Shown in pieces: positions 39,302 to 51,635 of a stretch of 64,000 bases of DNA; positions within the stretch are counted from its first letter, which is position 1; each line of letters starts with the position of its first letter. The stretch comes from Octopus bimaculoides (Eukaryota): the NCBI RefSeq assembly GCF_001194135.2, contig NC_068981.1, positions 61,272,358 through 61,336,357 of the forward strand. Reading direction: 5' to 3'. The notes below the pieces were generated by a model. The model ran no database searches. It had not been told where the DNA came from and saw nothing but the letters and a program-made list of their open reading frames with translations. A program made the translations under genes and the position numbers.

Positions 39302-41267
39302 NNNNNNNNNNNNNNNNNNNNNNNNNNNNNNNNNNNNNNNNNNNNNNNNNNNNNNNNNNNNNNNNNNNNNNNNNNNNNNNNNNNNNNNNNNNNNNNNNNN
39401 NNNNNNNNNNNNNNNNNNNNNNNNNNNNNNNNNNNNNNNNNNNNNNNNNNNNNNNNNNNNNNNNNNNNNNNNNNNNNNNNNNNNNNNNNNNNNNNNNNNN
39501 NNNNNNNNNNNNNNNNNNNNNNNNNNNNNNNNNNNNNNNNNNNNNNNNNNNNNNNNNNNNNNNNNNNNNNNNNNNNNNNNNNNNNNNNNNNNNNNNNNNN
39601 NNNNNNNNNNNNNNNNNNNNNNNNNNNNNNNNNNNNNNNNNNNNNNNNNNNNNNNNNNNNNNNNNNNNNNNNNNNNNNNNNNNNNNNNNNNNNNNNNNNN
39701 NNNNNNNNNNNNNNNNNNNNNNNNNNNNNNNNNNNNNNNNNNNNNNNNNNNNNNNNNNNNNNNNNNNNNNNNNNNNNNNNNNNNNNNNNNNNNNNNNNNN
39801 NNNNNNNNNNNNNNNNNNNNNNNNNNNNNNNNNNNNNNNNNNNNNNNNNNNNNNNNNNNNNNNNNNNNNNNNNNNNNNNNNNNNNNNNNNNNNNNNNNNN
39901 NNNNNNNNNNNNNNNNNNNNNNNNNNNNNNNNNNNNNNNNNNNNNNNNNNNNNNNNNNNNNNNNNNNNNNNNNNNNNNNNNNNNNNNNNNNNNNNNNNNN
40001 NNNNNNNNNNNNNNNNNNNNNNNNNNNNNNNATATATATATATATATATATATATACGTATATTCATACGTATAGATGCCTAAATATATATGTATTATGC
40101 TACGTGTATGCATGTAAGCACCTATGTGTATGTGTGTATGTATGAGTACGTACATACATATATGCCTGTGTTTGTGCGTGTGTATGCACGTACGTATACA
40201 TTTTTGTGTGACTGTAAGTATGTAGACGTTCCTAACGCAAGGGTTTTATATCTATGTATCGTGAGAATATGGTTGTGTGTATATTTTTATACATATATAT
40301 ATTTTATAAATGTCTATAGTATATATTTTATCTTTTTCCACCTATTAGTGTTACTTCGAATATATTTAATGGTTTTTCGTAGCGTCTGTTGCCATTAATT
40401 GCTGATGAGAATATATCGTAGCTATTCGCTTGGGAATTCGAGCCTTCCAGTATTATAATGACAACCTTTGGCTGCTTGTTCTCATTTGGAACACACAGAC
40501 ACACGTACAAAGCACACACACACACACACACACACAAATATATATGTATAATTAATCTCTTTCAAAGTAGGATCCTACACATCTCTACAAAATTAATATC
40601 CTTCAAATTAGGATCTACTGATTTCACTGTAATTGTAGAAATGCACTGGCCACTTCGTGAATGCATCCTTCTAGTGACCCAAATGTAAGCATCAAAATAC
40701 ATTTAATCTTTTCAAGGCCTTCAAAATTAATGCCCTAAAGTTTTTCCTTCATATTTGGAAGCAACTAAAAGTTACAGGGCGCAAGTATGGAGCGTAATGT
40801 GGGATAATTTTAATGTTCATCGCTGTCAAGTGCTTGGAGACTAGAATGGAATTGTGGACACGTTCACTTTCCTGCTACAGTTTCGACCGACCCTTATAAA
40901 AGGCTCCTTCTTTTCGCTACGAAATATTTTCTTGAACACCCTCAACATTTTGAAGAAGTACTCATTATTGACCGTCTGTCATGAGGGAACCCAAATTGTA
41001 CCTTTGCCGGCGAAGAAAGCGACCGTTATATGGTTCCTGCTGCACCTGCTTTACCTAGATTACCTGTGTCTGAGGGATGGCAAATTTTACCCTGCTAGAG
41101 TCTGGTGTGCAAAGTTTTCAACTCGTAGTTCTTGTATCACCAAATTGTTTGCAAATAATCCATGTGCGTGCGTGCGTGTGTTTGTGTTTGCGAGTGTGTG
41201 TGTGCATATGCATGTATGTATACATTGATAGATTAATGAATCGTTGAATGTATGAATGTGCATATAT

Positions 41268-41331
<64 letters not shown>

Positions 41332-41355
41332 ACACACACACATATATATATATAT

Positions 41356-41545
41356 GGGAGAATATACAAAAAATAACAACAGACGAGGACAGGTGGTGTA
41401 AATAACAAAAGTATATATTAGTATGACGCTCGGGAATACGGAAAGTCTTTGACGTTTCGAGCTACGCTCTTCAACAGAAAGAATACGGAGACAAGGAGAA
41501 AAACACGGAGAAAAAAAATTGAATAGTGTTCAGTCAACGGTCATG
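41356..41545 (-). mobile_element. Small non-autonomous HHR-bearing repeat (probable PLE terminal-repeat derivative)
   Basis: 41357-41531 appears identical to 47778-47952 by eye. It abuts (CA)n(TA)n. Confidence 0.8.
41446..41482 (-). ncRNA. Minimal type I hammerhead ribozyme candidate (A6U core variant)
   Basis: Minus strand: TCTTT-CTGTTGA-A-GAGC-GTA-GCTC-GAAAC-GTC-AAAGA. Stem I 5 bp, stem II 4 bp, palindromic ACGT stem III, GUC site. Confidence 0.7.
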
Positions 41546-43428
41546 CGTGTGTATATGTATCCAAATACAAACCGACTACTAATTTAGAAGCATAAATATA
41601 CGCTATATCGGCAACGTTTCAAAATCCAGTTCTTACTCTAGAATGTATCTAACAATAGGAAACTAATTATGAGACAGTAAATGTTTCTCAGCCTCCACCA
41701 CTCATCTGTAATGTAGGCAACATGGTTAGTTATGATGACATTTTATGTAAATACCCTGTGAGGAATTGATTTATTTGAATAGGTAGTATGACCTTTCAAA
41801 ACGATGTAAGATACAAAATAATTCATTCAGGTTATATATCAACTAGTTGACGTACCTGATAATTCCGTAGAAAGGGGGACTTATCCCTTGGTTCCGTTCT
41901 CATTATTGTTTCGCTAATCCAATAACAACAATACAAAGTACGTAGCTCTTAAAACTGTGTTTGTGCATTTACAGAGAATACCGAAATGTCTTCACAAGAT
42001 CTTGATTTTTTGGAATTTCCAATAAGTTATAAATACCCAAATTGTGAAGTCAGTCATAAAATAACATGAAATTAGTTACCTAATAGTAAGAATTCAAAAA
42101 AGTAACCCCGAAAAGGGCTTTAATGCATTCCCAGAGTGTATATAACATAGGAGTAAATACTAATAAGGTATGTATACTAAAATCGTGAAGCACGTTACGT
42201 AATAACAGGCTAATCAGATATGAAATAATAACAGTTCAAAAGTAAATAACTCTGAAAAGAGCTTTCATGCGTTCCCAGTGGATATTACGCTCAAAGGCGC
42301 TAGTGTTCGTATATTCGTGAATAAATCACAAACCGAAATAAGTGGGTCTATTGTTTATGAAAATGCTATTTACTTGTTTAAGGGTTGTATTGGATAAATT
42401 GCGAAAATAACTCTGACAGTTAAAATTATAATAAATAAGCACACTCAATTTGATTTATGCCAAATAATTTAGGAAAATGAACAGGTTATTTTTCTTGGTT
42501 ATATATAAGGATGCCTTCCAGGGGTGAATGGGTTATTTCCCTTGGTTTTTAAAATAAGATGGATTAGATATATATAAGGCTCCCTTCCAGGGGCCCTATT
42601 ATCAACTTTTTCAACAATCTGAGTATGTCACGAAGTTTCCAGACACGAGTTTTACTCATATGTTAAGTTTCATCAAAATTGTTAAAATGATGTAGGAGGA
42701 GTTAGCTAACAACTCCACAAACACAGCCACAGACAGAATTTCCAACATGTGTAGTAGATAGCAACACTAAACGTTGTAAAATTAATTGCAACAACTTTTA
42801 GGAGAGATTTGCATTTCAAATAAAACATATAAACAAATTATTTTTAATTAGTACATACATTCATGCAAAGGTCTCCATGTAAAGCATCCGTTTCATACTA
42901 CAAAATATACGCATAGAATTGTTCTGTAATTGCATTTACGTTCAACTGTTTATCTAGCGATTAAAGCATTTGTATTGAGATTAAAGGTTCTTTCTACGCC
43001 AATGAGTTATAATGATATCCAGATAAGTTTTCTGTGAAACTTCATGATATGTTTGAAATCGAATAATGTGCACAGATTAATGTGACAAAAATAACTTTAA
43101 AGTAACGGGGAGAGTGTGTGAAGGATGTAGCCAATATTTCTCTTATTTTTTACACTTCCGTCTATTTGCTGTGGATAATTCTATATTTCTCTCTCCTTCT
43201 CGTTGAACACTTACACACATGTATAGATTATCACCTATACATACATACATACATGCATACATACATACATACATACATACATACATACATACATACGTAC
43301 TACGTACATGTGTGAATGTGAGTGTATGTGTTTGAATAAGTGTAATGCATGTATGCATGAATGACTACCATTTACTAATATTCGCCTTGGTGACAAAAAA
43401 TACATAAATGAGATTATTTCGCTTTCCC

Positions 43429-43465
<37 letters not shown>

Positions 43466-46400
43466 TAGACTGATTTTGACCACATCTGTACTGCAGAGAA
43501 ATAGGGATACTTATTGAGTACTAATTCTATTGAACGCTTTTTTAACGCGTGGTTTAGATTAGCAATTATAATTTGGTAGAAACATAGCATAACTGTTAAT
43601 CATACTGCGTTGATGGCTATTTAGTTACGTTGCAGATATGTTTAATTGCTTTCACACGATCACTTCAGGCTTCCGATAAGTTAGCATGGCTTCCCGGTGC
43701 GTAGAGTAATATGCATGTATTCCAAATGTTAGGCGTGACTTATTAATTCGAAAGAAATACGTTAACATTTTCATTCAGATCAGAGACTCTTCCCCTCACA
43801 AAAGATATAATTTTCTTGCTTCCTTTCTAATTATATAGTGAAACGTCAACAGAATGATGAAGAATATATACCATAAGATTATCATTTTATATGTTATCAT
43901 TTTATTACTCTTAGTTTAAAATTTATTGGATTATTTCACGGTTGATATGTTGTAGGTGTATACTGAGGTTCAGTCAGTTGTTTACCCCATATTTTCTCAA
44001 TTATTTGATCTCACAAATTTATATTTATTCTTGCCGAGACATAATCATAGGCTTATAGCTGCAATTATTTCGAATTCCTTTGAACTACATCGAATCGAAA
44101 CTATTATCAAAATACGTTCTCGACAAGGCACTGCCTTCTTAAGAAAAATGCATACGTTGGAAAGCATAGTCCATAATACTCAAAAACAGGATATGATCAC
44201 AAATTGGGAATCTTTTATTATAGGCTCTGAGTTTTCTTGATCGTCAATAACAAAGCGAGTTCTCTTCTCTTTAATACTTCAAAATACTTAAAACTCCACC
44301 AATTATTACACAGCAAATCACAAGAAAAGCAGACACTGGATGATGTGCTGCTAATATAACTTCAGATACCTTTGGATATCAAAATATATATATAAAAAAA
44401 AACATACTTATAAACATAAGGCCCTCCAAAACCCTCCCAATAAAAATTCAATGACACAGTAAATTAACATCAAATAAAATATATTCCATCTGCAGTAAAC
44501 GGCTGTTAATTGGCAAAAAAATCTATTTCATTGTTCGAAATAGTTTCCAAAATCCATTCTGATGATATGCTGAATGCAAATTTCACCGATTGTAATTTTA
44601 ATTTCATCTTTCCGAGTTCTGAAAACACTGTCAGTTTAGAACATTGGTCCAATAGGCTGACTTCGAACACGTCTTAAAATATATGGCTTTGCACATCTTT
44701 TAGAAATCGATATTCAAATCTGTTATAGTATATTTGGATCAAATATCCTAGTGTTAATTAGATAACGACCAGCTTCATTATTCTAATAGCTATAGTGGTG
44801 TTAGATTGAAAATGTCAGTTTACTATGCACATTAGAATGACTTTATTGTACATCATCTCGCTACTGTTGAGTTGAATCTGTAATACAGTCCCAGTTAAAT
44901 TTCTATAGTTTTTAATTCTTAGCTCCATTCATTCTGATAGCTAACAACTTTGTACAGAAGTATTTTGATAATCATATAGCTAGAATTACTTGCAATTAGC
45001 ATATATGCTTGATTGGCATACACGACAACTGCTTTTGAAAACATTACATAATTAGTTGTTGTGCTAATTATGTAGCATTTCAGGTAGATATTCCCGAAGA
45101 AAGTGTATGAGAAACTTTTATTAGACATAAAAGTGTAAATCGGTAAGATTATGATGGTATTAAATGTATTGTACCTAGTTGAAAGCACGACGAACTTTTG
45201 GCCTAGCTGTTTTGATCAATGGGCGCATATAAAACAGAATCCATAAAAAAGAAATAGTATGTTTATGTACTAAAATCTTAATCATAACTTCCGGATCAGT
45301 AAAATAAATTTCACTTAGGATATTGAATAAAGAATACTTTGTATAAAATACATCGGAAGCTTATAAAATAGTAAAAAAAGAAATGAAAATGTTCCTATGC
45401 ATGACTGGGTTTATGTGAGTGTGCGTGGTTGCGTGTGGGTGTGTACCTGTGTGTGTTTGAGTGCGTGTAGATGTGTGTGCGCATGTGCGCGCGCGCGTGC
45501 GTGGTATGTGCAACTGTTAACACGCGTATGTAGGTCTCTATGCGTATTCATCTATGCATGTAATTTCAGCTAGACACGTATAGGCCGGAATGAAGGAGGG
45601 AAGAGTAGAAAGTATAAAAGTTGACGATGAGGAAAAACTGATAAAGAATGTAAACACTTACCTCTTAATTCAATAATTACGTTGCAGCAAATTTTCCGTT
45701 ACACATTAGGGGAGTGAGAGCAAATGTTAGTCCACGTGGAAGATTTATGCAAACTACTTGTTGTGCAGTAATGCAATTACAACGTTGCTGGAACTCGGGT
45801 GGGATTCTTTCGTGTCTTCGAGGAAGCATACGATAAATAAATAGGGATACACAAGAGGTAATGACAAGGGAAAAGAAAAAATAACGGATAAACAGTAATA
45901 AAGAAAGTAATGGGGAAAAGACTGAGCACAGCTGATTGATAGTAGTGAGTTCGCTGTGTAAACGTGTTGTTCAAGACACTTCCCCTTCCCACACATACAT
46001 TAAACGGTTTCAAAGAACAATATGTATTTCAACAATTCCTTTATAATATGAAAAACAGAGAATGTGATAATTTCAAAAATCACAAAACACCTATACAACT
46101 TTATTCATTCTTCTTTCTTTCTACATCACTTTCTTTATTTCTCATTTTCATTCGCTCTTCGTTACGTGCGCACGCTAACTTTCGGTTACTTTCTCGCCCC
46201 CTCTTATTTACTGGATTCTACCTACCCATCGATCTATCTTCATTTCATTTATTCTACAAACTGTTTATATTCTTTTATATTTTCCTTCTCTTCCTATCAC
46301 TCACTATTTTTGTTAACAGAATTTTTGCTTCATGAATCTATCACTTTGTCACGAGAATTCTTTCCATCACTCACTCCCTAATATAATATCTCGCTATATA

Positions 46401-46904
46401 ATTTCGTTCAAGTTTATGCCACATGACATTCTGTCTATCTTTCATCTATAAATTTGCTCATTCAGCATTGTCTGTTGCACTCTTCTTTCTTCTTCATTAA
46501 TTCAGAATATGTGTGTGCTTCATTCTTTCTCTCCTCCTCTAGCATTCTACCCATCTGTGTGTGTATAGAGATCAGTGTATCTGAATGTTACTGCGTATAT
46601 TTATGTTTGTGTAGCACAAACAAACGCCTAGTCTTTTATTAGCCAGAATACTAAATAATATGAAAGCGTAGTAGTGCTCTAAAAGAAATCATGAGATATG
46701 ACTATACGTGTGTATGTACCTGAGTGAGAAGATATATATATCTATATATGAGTGTATATAAATATATATATATATNNNNNNNNNNNNNNNNNNNNNNNNN
46801 NNNNNNNNNNNNNNNNNNNNNNNNNNNNNNNNNNNNNNNNNNNNNNNNNNNNNNNNNNNNNNNNNNNNNNNNNNNNNNNNNNNNNNNNNNNNNNNNNNNN
46901 NNNN

Positions 46905-46949
<45 letters not shown>

Positions 46950-47021
46950 TAAATGTATATATATATATATATGTGTTTGTGTCTGTGGTGAGTGTGTGTC
47001 TATATAAATGTATAAATGTGA

Positions 47022-47056
<35 letters not shown>

Positions 47057-47289
47057 CGTGTGCCTACATATATGTGTATATACAACATATATGTAATATA
47101 TACATATATATATACATACACACGCGCGGGCACACACACACATATCTATATGTATATTATCATACATATCTATGAATATACAAATATATACATTTATTCT
47201 ATCATTTGTGTTTGCTATGCGTCTACTGTGATGTTCTGCAGGAGCAATACCGTGATTTTATACTTTTAAATATTTATTTTGTTTGGTTG

Positions 47290-47344
47290 ATTTGTACAGT
47301 TGGGGGATTTCATATGTCTATCAATGCATACCTATCTATCTATC

Positions 47345-47375
<31 letters not shown>

Positions 47376-47390
47376 CTATCCATCTATGTG

Positions 47391-47441
<51 letters not shown>

Positions 47442-47462
47442 CTCTATATATCTATCTATCTC

Positions 47463-47518
<56 letters not shown>

Positions 47519-47520
47519 AC
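47290..47520. repeat. (CTAT)n microsatellite
   Basis: Direct inspection. It explains the YLSI/SIYL ORFs. Confidence 0.95.
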
Positions 47521-47541
47521 ACATATACAGCATATATATAT

Positions 47542-47703
47542 GCGCAGCCAATGGGGTGTGGTGAGATGTATACTGTCCAACCGCATGATTTAGGGTTCAG
47601 TGTCACTGCGTGACATCTCAGCCGAGTGTTTTCTTCTATAACCTCGGGCCGACTAAAACGTGGTGCGTGGATTTGTTACACAGAAATTGAAAGAAGCCCG
47701 TCG

Positions 47704-47705
<2 letters not shown>
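47542..47705 (+). mobile_element. 5' half of a tRNA-headed SINE (family of 50544)
   Basis: gggtgtggt..ccaaccgcatgatttagggttcagtgtcactgcgtgac..tataacctcgggccgactaaa..gaaagaagcccgtcgtata, then (CA)n(TA)n. Confidence 0.75.
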
Positions 47706-47777
<72 letters not shown>

Positions 47778-47779
<2 letters not shown>

Positions 47780-47952
47780 AGAATATACAAAAAATAACAA
47801 CAGACGAGGACAGGTGGTGTAAATAACAAAAGTATATATTAGTATGACGCTCGGGAATACGGAAAGTCTTTGACGTTTCGAGCTACGCTCTTCAACAGAA
47901 AGAATACGGAGACAAGGAGAAAAACACGGAGAAAAAAAATTGAATAGTGTTC
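47778..47952 (-). mobile_element. Second copy of the HHR-bearing small repeat, running into an assembly gap
   Basis: Same 175 bp as 41357-41531. Confidence 0.8.
47867..47903 (-). ncRNA. Minimal type I hammerhead ribozyme candidate (A6U core variant), identical to 41446-41482
   Basis: Plus strand: tcttt gacgtttc gagc tac gctc t tcaacag aaaga. Confidence 0.7.
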
Positions 47953-48618
47953 NNNNNNNNNNNNNNNNNNNNNNNNNNNNNNNNNNNNNNNNNNNNNNNN
48001 NNNNNNNNNNNNNNNNNNNNNNNNNNNNNNNNNNNNNNNNNNNNNNNNNNNNNNNNNNNNNNNNNNNNNNNNNNNNNNNNNNNNNNNNNNNNNNNNNNNN
48101 NNNNNNNNNNNNNNNNNNNNNNNNNNNNNNNNNNNNNNNNNNNNNNNNNNNNNNNNNNNNNNNNNNNNNNNNNNNNNNNNNNNNNNNNNNNNNNNNNNNN
48201 NNNNNNNNNNNNNNNNNNNNNNNNNNNNNNNNNNNNNNNNNNNNNNNNNNNNNNNNNNNNNNNNNNNNNNNNNNNNNNNNNNNNNNNNNNNNNNNNNNNN
48301 NNNNNNNNNNNNNNNNNNNNNNNNNNNNNNNNNNNNNNNNNNNNNNNNNNNNNNNNNNNNNNNNNNNNNNNNNNNNNNNNNNNNNNNNNNNNNNNNNNNN
48401 NNNNNNNNNNNNNNNNNNNNNNNNNNNNNNNNNNNNNNNNNNNNNNNNNNNNNNNNNNNNNNNNNNNNNNNNNNNNNNNNNNNNNNNNNNNNNNNNNNNN
48501 NNNNNNNNNNNNNNNNNNNNNNNNNNNNNNNNNNNNNNNNNNNNNNNNNNNNNNNNNNNNNNNNNNNNNNNNNNNNNNNNNNNNNNNNNNNNNNNNNNNN
48601 NNNNNNNNNNNNNNNNNN

Positions 48619-48733
48619 CAAAGAACTGCTGATTCCAAAACTACAAATTATTTGTTTTTTGTTCTCTGTGTATCAAAAATATCGCTATCAATTTAGAGTA
48701 ATAATTTGTGGTTTTGGAATCAGTAGTTCTTTG
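48619..48733. repeat. 34-bp inverted repeat with a 47-nt spacer
   Basis: 48619-48652 versus 48700-48733; 32 of 34 positions complementary. Confidence 0.85.
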
Positions 48734-49174
48734 GCTGCTATTTCTGAATTCTCAGTATGTTGGAGAAGCAGGTTACTGTCAATCCCTATATATTTATGAT
48801 TATATATATATATATGTATATGTGTGTGTGTGTGTGTGTGTGAGTACACACACTCGCACATACAAACACATATACATGCATGCATGCATATATACATATA
48901 TACGTACATATTATACTGACATTTTGTATTAATTTTCAATAAGCATGTGTTCAAGTCTGTGTGTCGGGGTGCAAGTGCCAGCAGACAATGTGACCGTGTA
49001 TTCTAAAATTCCTGATTTCAAGTTTCTTTCACCTTTGATCTCGGTCTAATATTAGTTTCACACCTCAGCTTTCTCAATCTCGTTCTCCACTCATTTCTCG
49101 CGCTATAGTACAAAGACGTAATTTTTCTGTATTTTAATTTTCGGCACGACTTTTTAATCTCACAGTATACCCCG

Positions 49175-49221
<47 letters not shown>

Positions 49222-49389
49222 CATCAATACATACGCGCTCACACACGCAAACCCACGTATATGGGCATATACATACAACTAGATATCGGCACATACGCAC
49301 GCGATGAACGAATATAAAGGTATATATAGATATATATAGATATATATAAATATATATATATATTGCAAATAACTTGCACATGCAAGTGC

Positions 49390-50470
49390 TACCAGTCGAG
49401 ATATCTGCATACCAGAACCCACCAAGGGTATGGGGTTATCAGGAGAAGACAAGCGAAGGCAAGATGTCATCAGTCTCTGCTTCTGTTTTCCACTTCCTAG
49501 CTGTTTTCACCTCTGGTGGATTACGGCTGATTTCCATGTCCTTCGACTCTCTCAACATCGTCACCGTTCGTACCTTCCCCAGTTTATATACTTCGACTAT
49601 TGACGCCAGTGGTCATAGCAACGAGCCATATTTACGATAAAGAGCTGAACTTTTAAACATCCGAAGTAGGCCTAGCCACTTTCTAATGAAAACATTGCAT
49701 TTTTGTTCAATGATCTGAACTTGTGACAATTCCACCTCATACTATTAAAAATGGTCAGGAAAGTCGCAGATAAAAGCCGAACTGTAAGCACAACATTTTA
49801 TATTTACCTGGTAATTTGAGTTATCAATCGCTGATTATCCAACCTCGGCTTGTTTCATAATTTCCATACTTGACCCCTATCTGACAATTTTTCAGTATAT
49901 ACTCCCCCGCCCCCCAAATCTTGACGGGTTCTTCTTTGACTGTTGGAATGCTTTCTTCTACTATTCGAAATTTAAATTCTTTCTGCACTCCCTTAACAAA
50001 TGTCAGACTACGCGACTTTTTTTTTGCACTAAACCGCATCCTTAACCACCTCGAAAGCTCGTCTAGTCTCAAGATCGCACTCTGCATGAATTGCTTATCT
50101 GTAGATAGAAGTGTCACATAAACGCTTTCTTAGGCGATTGTACATGGGCGATTTGTTCCGAAAATTCTACGGTTTTCAAAATCATCTCCATCACTGAGAT
50201 ACACCATGTGACAGATATTGTACAGCCAGCACCAATCTCCAATCAGTGCCAATCTGTTGTAAAATCTCCAGCTGTAAACCTTATCTCGAAACTGTCATAA
50301 TACATCCTCATTATTTTGGTTACTTTGTCTGGAATGTGGAAGTGGTCCATGGTTCTCTCAGTAATTCGTGTGGCACTGAGCCACATGCATTAGCTATGTC
50401 AAGCCATATTACGTTCAGACTTCTCTTGTTCTGTTTGGTATCCTGACAAATTTCTGTGCTGCATCTTTGA
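49390..50470 (-). mobile_element. HERO-like (R2/NeSL-group) non-LTR retrotransposon RT fragment, decayed
   Basis: SLNVIWLDIANACGSVPHEL, YYDSFEIRFTAGDFTTDWH*LEIG..GCTIS, KAFM.., RLDELSRWLRMRFSAKKKSRSL..IPTVKEEPVK and PLASIVEVYKLGKVR..MLRES..KTARKWK. Confidence 0.78.
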
Positions 50471-50543
50471 AAGTTGTCAGTGAACAGGTAGCGGTTTCAA
50501 AGTGACGAAAATATTTTGGCGAAATAAATTTAAATTTTGAAGT

Positions 50544-50708
50544 GGTGTAGGAATGGCTGTGTGGTATGTAGCTTGTTTACCAACCACATGGTTCCAGGTT
50601 CCGCCCCACTGCGTGGCACCTGGGGCAAGTGTCTTTTACTATAGCCTCGGGCCGACCAAAGCCTTGTGAGTGGAGTTGGTAGACGAAAACTGAAAGAAGC
50701 CTGTCGTA

Positions 50709-50788
<80 letters not shown>

Positions 50789-51013
50789 TGTGTGTGTGTA
50801 TATGTTTGTGTGTCTGTGTTTGTCCCCATCATCGCTTGACAACCGATGCTGTTGTGTTTATATCCCCGTAATTTAGCGGTTCGGCAAAAGACGCGATAGA
50901 ATAAGTACTAGGCTTAATCGATAGAATAAGTCGTGGGGTCGAGTTGCTCGACTAAAGGCGGTGCTCCAGGATGGCAACAGTCAAATGACTTAAACAAGCA
51001 AAAGAGTAAGTGA
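50544..51013 (+). mobile_element. Near full-length tRNA-headed SINE with a CORE-like segment and an internal (TA)n(TG)n tract
   Basis: A-box TGGCTGTGTGG (50554-50564), B-box-like GGTTCCGCCCC (50597-50607), CORE-like ggcacctggggcaagtgtc, internal microsatellite 50706-50800 and a 3' half shared with the 21-kb and 58.6-kb copies. Confidence 0.85.
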
Positions 51014-51586
51014 TTCTAACGGTTTTTCTGTTTCTTAAATGGCTTATAAACACATATACATATATAAGCATACATGCAAACATACAACGAAGGTCTTCTT
51101 TCAGCTTCCGTATATCAAGTCCACTCACAAGGGTCGGCCCTACGATATAGTGGAAAACTATAGCGATATAAATACATATACATGTACATATATATATACA
51201 TATATATATATATACTTACAGGTATATAAACACATGCATATATACGTGCGTATATACATACATATATATGTGTGTGTATATACTTTTATTTATGCATATG
51301 CATTTATTTTATCGGCACATCTCTACCCCCCTCTCTCTCTCTTTATATATATGCATGTATATACATATCTATATATACATATCCTCATACATACGATTGC
51401 ATATTTATATATAGCTATTCATTTGCATGCATAAACATATACGAGTGTATGAATGTATGTACGCATGCGTGTATTAATCAGTAAAATATATTAAATTTAA
51501 TTAGAAAAGGAAACAAGGGCTTTTAATAAAAATTGCAAGCTTAGAAAATGACTAAAACGAAAGTAAAACAAATGAAAGTACTCCTT

Positions 51587-51635
<49 letters not shown>

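Noticed and set aside
40850-41080. Possible Tc1 transposase trace (KRLLLFATKYF..FEEVLIID)
   Set aside because: Similarity is too weak and I found no further DDE motifs or TIRs.
42100-42600. Short degenerate repeated motifs (gaaaag.gcttt.atgc.ttcccag; tatataagg..ccttccagggg)
   Set aside because: Only two imperfect copies of each, with irregular spacing. Not an array and not CRISPR-like.
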